Positions 63,201 to 64,000 of a stretch of 64,000 bases of DNA are shown here, piece after piece. The notes beneath the pieces were generated by a model. That model searched no databases. It was given only the letters and a program-made list of their open reading frames with translations, and was not told the DNA's origin. The position numbers and the translations under genes are program-made. The DNA comes from Tubulanus polymorphus (Eukaryota; Animalia; Nemertea), in the NCBI RefSeq assembly GCF_964204645.1, contig NC_134032.1:12636275-12700274 (forward strand), written 5' to 3'. Numbering within the stretch: the first letter of the stretch is position 1; the number at the start of each line of letters is the position of its first letter.

Positions 63201-63300
63201 TCTCGACGAGGTCGGCGCTGAAGTGTTTTTTAGCGAGCGCCTTGCAATCTTTCGACGTGGATAACTTCTTGTGGTAATCCTGCAATGTTCCGACTTCCAT
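54204..63300 (-). CDS. Three-domain (contiguous trimer) arginine kinase, ~1063 aa, with a C-terminal CaaX box
   Basis: Sixteen phase-consistent exons, listed 5' to 3': 63144-63300, 62437-62702, 61344-61492, 61026-61191, 60684-60864, 59766-60053, 59172-59434, 58896-59044, 58293-58458, 57702-57882, 56877-57167, 55860-56122, 55469-55617, 55219-55384, 54884-55067, 54204-54376 (3192 nt in total). Each domain has an AK-type guanidino-specificity segment ([11 protein letters not shown] / [11 protein letters not shown] / [11 protein letters not shown]), KDYHK, STRVRx[38 protein letters not shown] and SNKRRLGL. The protein ends [16 protein letters not shown]. Confidence 0.95.
56270..56543. mobile_element. 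Adjacent inverted pair of ~135-bp Harbinger-like MITEs in an AK intron
   Basis: 56406-56543 has TIR GGGCCGGTTCCATAGTC and a CAG duplication. 56270-56402 is a diverged copy in the opposite orientation. Confidence 0.82.
60412..60570. mobile_element. Penelope-like palindromic remnant in AK intron 5
   Basis: Outer inverted arms GGTTAACTA..TATTTGATGCACGA and TCGTGCATCAAATA..TAGTTAACC, an inner palindrome at 60461-60502, and a hammerhead core. Confidence 0.65.
60509..60549 (+). ncRNA. Minimal type I hammerhead ribozyme (antisense to the AK pre-mRNA)
   Basis: Stem I CAC/GUG, core CUGAUGA-U, stem II GCUGCUA/UAGUGGC, GAAA, palindromic AGCU stem III, CUC cleavage triplet. Confidence 0.68.
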
Positions 63301-64000
63301 TCTTTCGGCGTTTATAGTCGTTAAACTGTTACGGATGAGAAGAAAATGCAATCTGAAAAGAGTCAAACAAAGAGCTTGAAAAAATCAGGTCTGCGCACGT
63401 GATGCCTGAAACCTTGGTTGTTTATACATTTTTCGATCGCAATTTGAGTGACGTCTAACCCGGACCAAACGACTGCAGGTCTGGATACTATGCTATCAAG
63501 GGAGAACCCAGCCGGTCAGCAAATGGTTTCGTAAAAAGGATTTTGTACGGAAATCCGTGCTCTGCTTACCGATAGAGGCCTTCCTGCTGAGAGGTCTAGA
63601 ACTGTAATGTACCCGGTCGGCGGGTACTACATACGGATTAGTCTGGAATCAGATATCAGTTCGTCTGCACTCTTTATTGAGGTTTCGGTTGGTTACAAAC
63701 GATCGATCAACCGATCGAAGTAATCGACCTTTAGTTCGCTAAAAGTCGAACATTTTACCGTCAACGAAGCAGAATTTAGCCAGACTTTTGATGACGCAAC
63801 ATGTACGTAAGCCGTGGTGATTAAAACACTAGATGCTCCAAATCATTAGGCATGATTGGATACAGCAGGGTGCTTGCTGAAGAGTATATCAAGTCTACAT
63901 TTGGACACGTTTTGATATAAAAATCACGATCGCGTGTAACTAATGGAAATCATTTTACTATTGAACACACTGACGGGTTTATTGTCGTTTGTAGTAGTGA

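Noticed and set aside
54204-63300. Three separate tandem arginine kinase genes, or a flagellar creatine kinase
   Set aside because: The junction exons read through with no stop. The guanidino-specificity region, CPTNLGT and GEHTES are of the AK type, not the CK type (CPSNLGT, GGVD).
63301-63366. A fourth upstream kinase domain or an N-terminal extension
   Set aside because: The exon starting at the acceptor near 63352 does not begin with GIHGEHTES, so no preceding domain is fused in the same way. The frame is open up to the acceptor, so a short extension from an upstream exon cannot be excluded; the segment is treated as 5'UTR.

Overview
This is eukaryotic (animal) genomic DNA with spliceosomal GT-AG introns and no prokaryotic features. 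The mollusc-like arginine kinase and the intronless peptide-type GPCR point to a lophotrochozoan invertebrate; the species cannot be determined from sequence alone. Genes assembled by hand from splice sites: (1) the 3' seven exons of V-ATPase subunit H; (2) a Myb/SANT-like DNA-binding protein; (3) an 8-exon receptor with Cys-rich repeats, two Ig domains, a TM segment and a TIR domain; (4) an intronless class A GPCR; (5) a cryptic 110-aa protein gene with a TATA/Inr promoter that the ORF track does not show as a gene; (6) a GPI-anchored Ly6/three-finger protein; (7) a 16-exon, ~1063-aa arginine kinase made of three complete kinase domains and ending in a CaaX box (SKSCEIL*). The three-domain AK is the main finding. 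It may be a membrane-anchored phosphoarginine-shuttle enzyme convergent with the myristoylated three-domain flagellar creatine kinase. It lacks bridge introns and shows signs of gene conversion between domains. Intergenic and intronic DNA holds many non-autonomous elements: 9-10-bp-TSD Mutator/foldback types, Harbinger and Tigger MITEs, Penelope-type palindromes with minimal hammerhead ribozymes, a dispersed ~75-bp repeat with a CTCF-like motif, and mini/microsatellites. All coordinates were read by eye.
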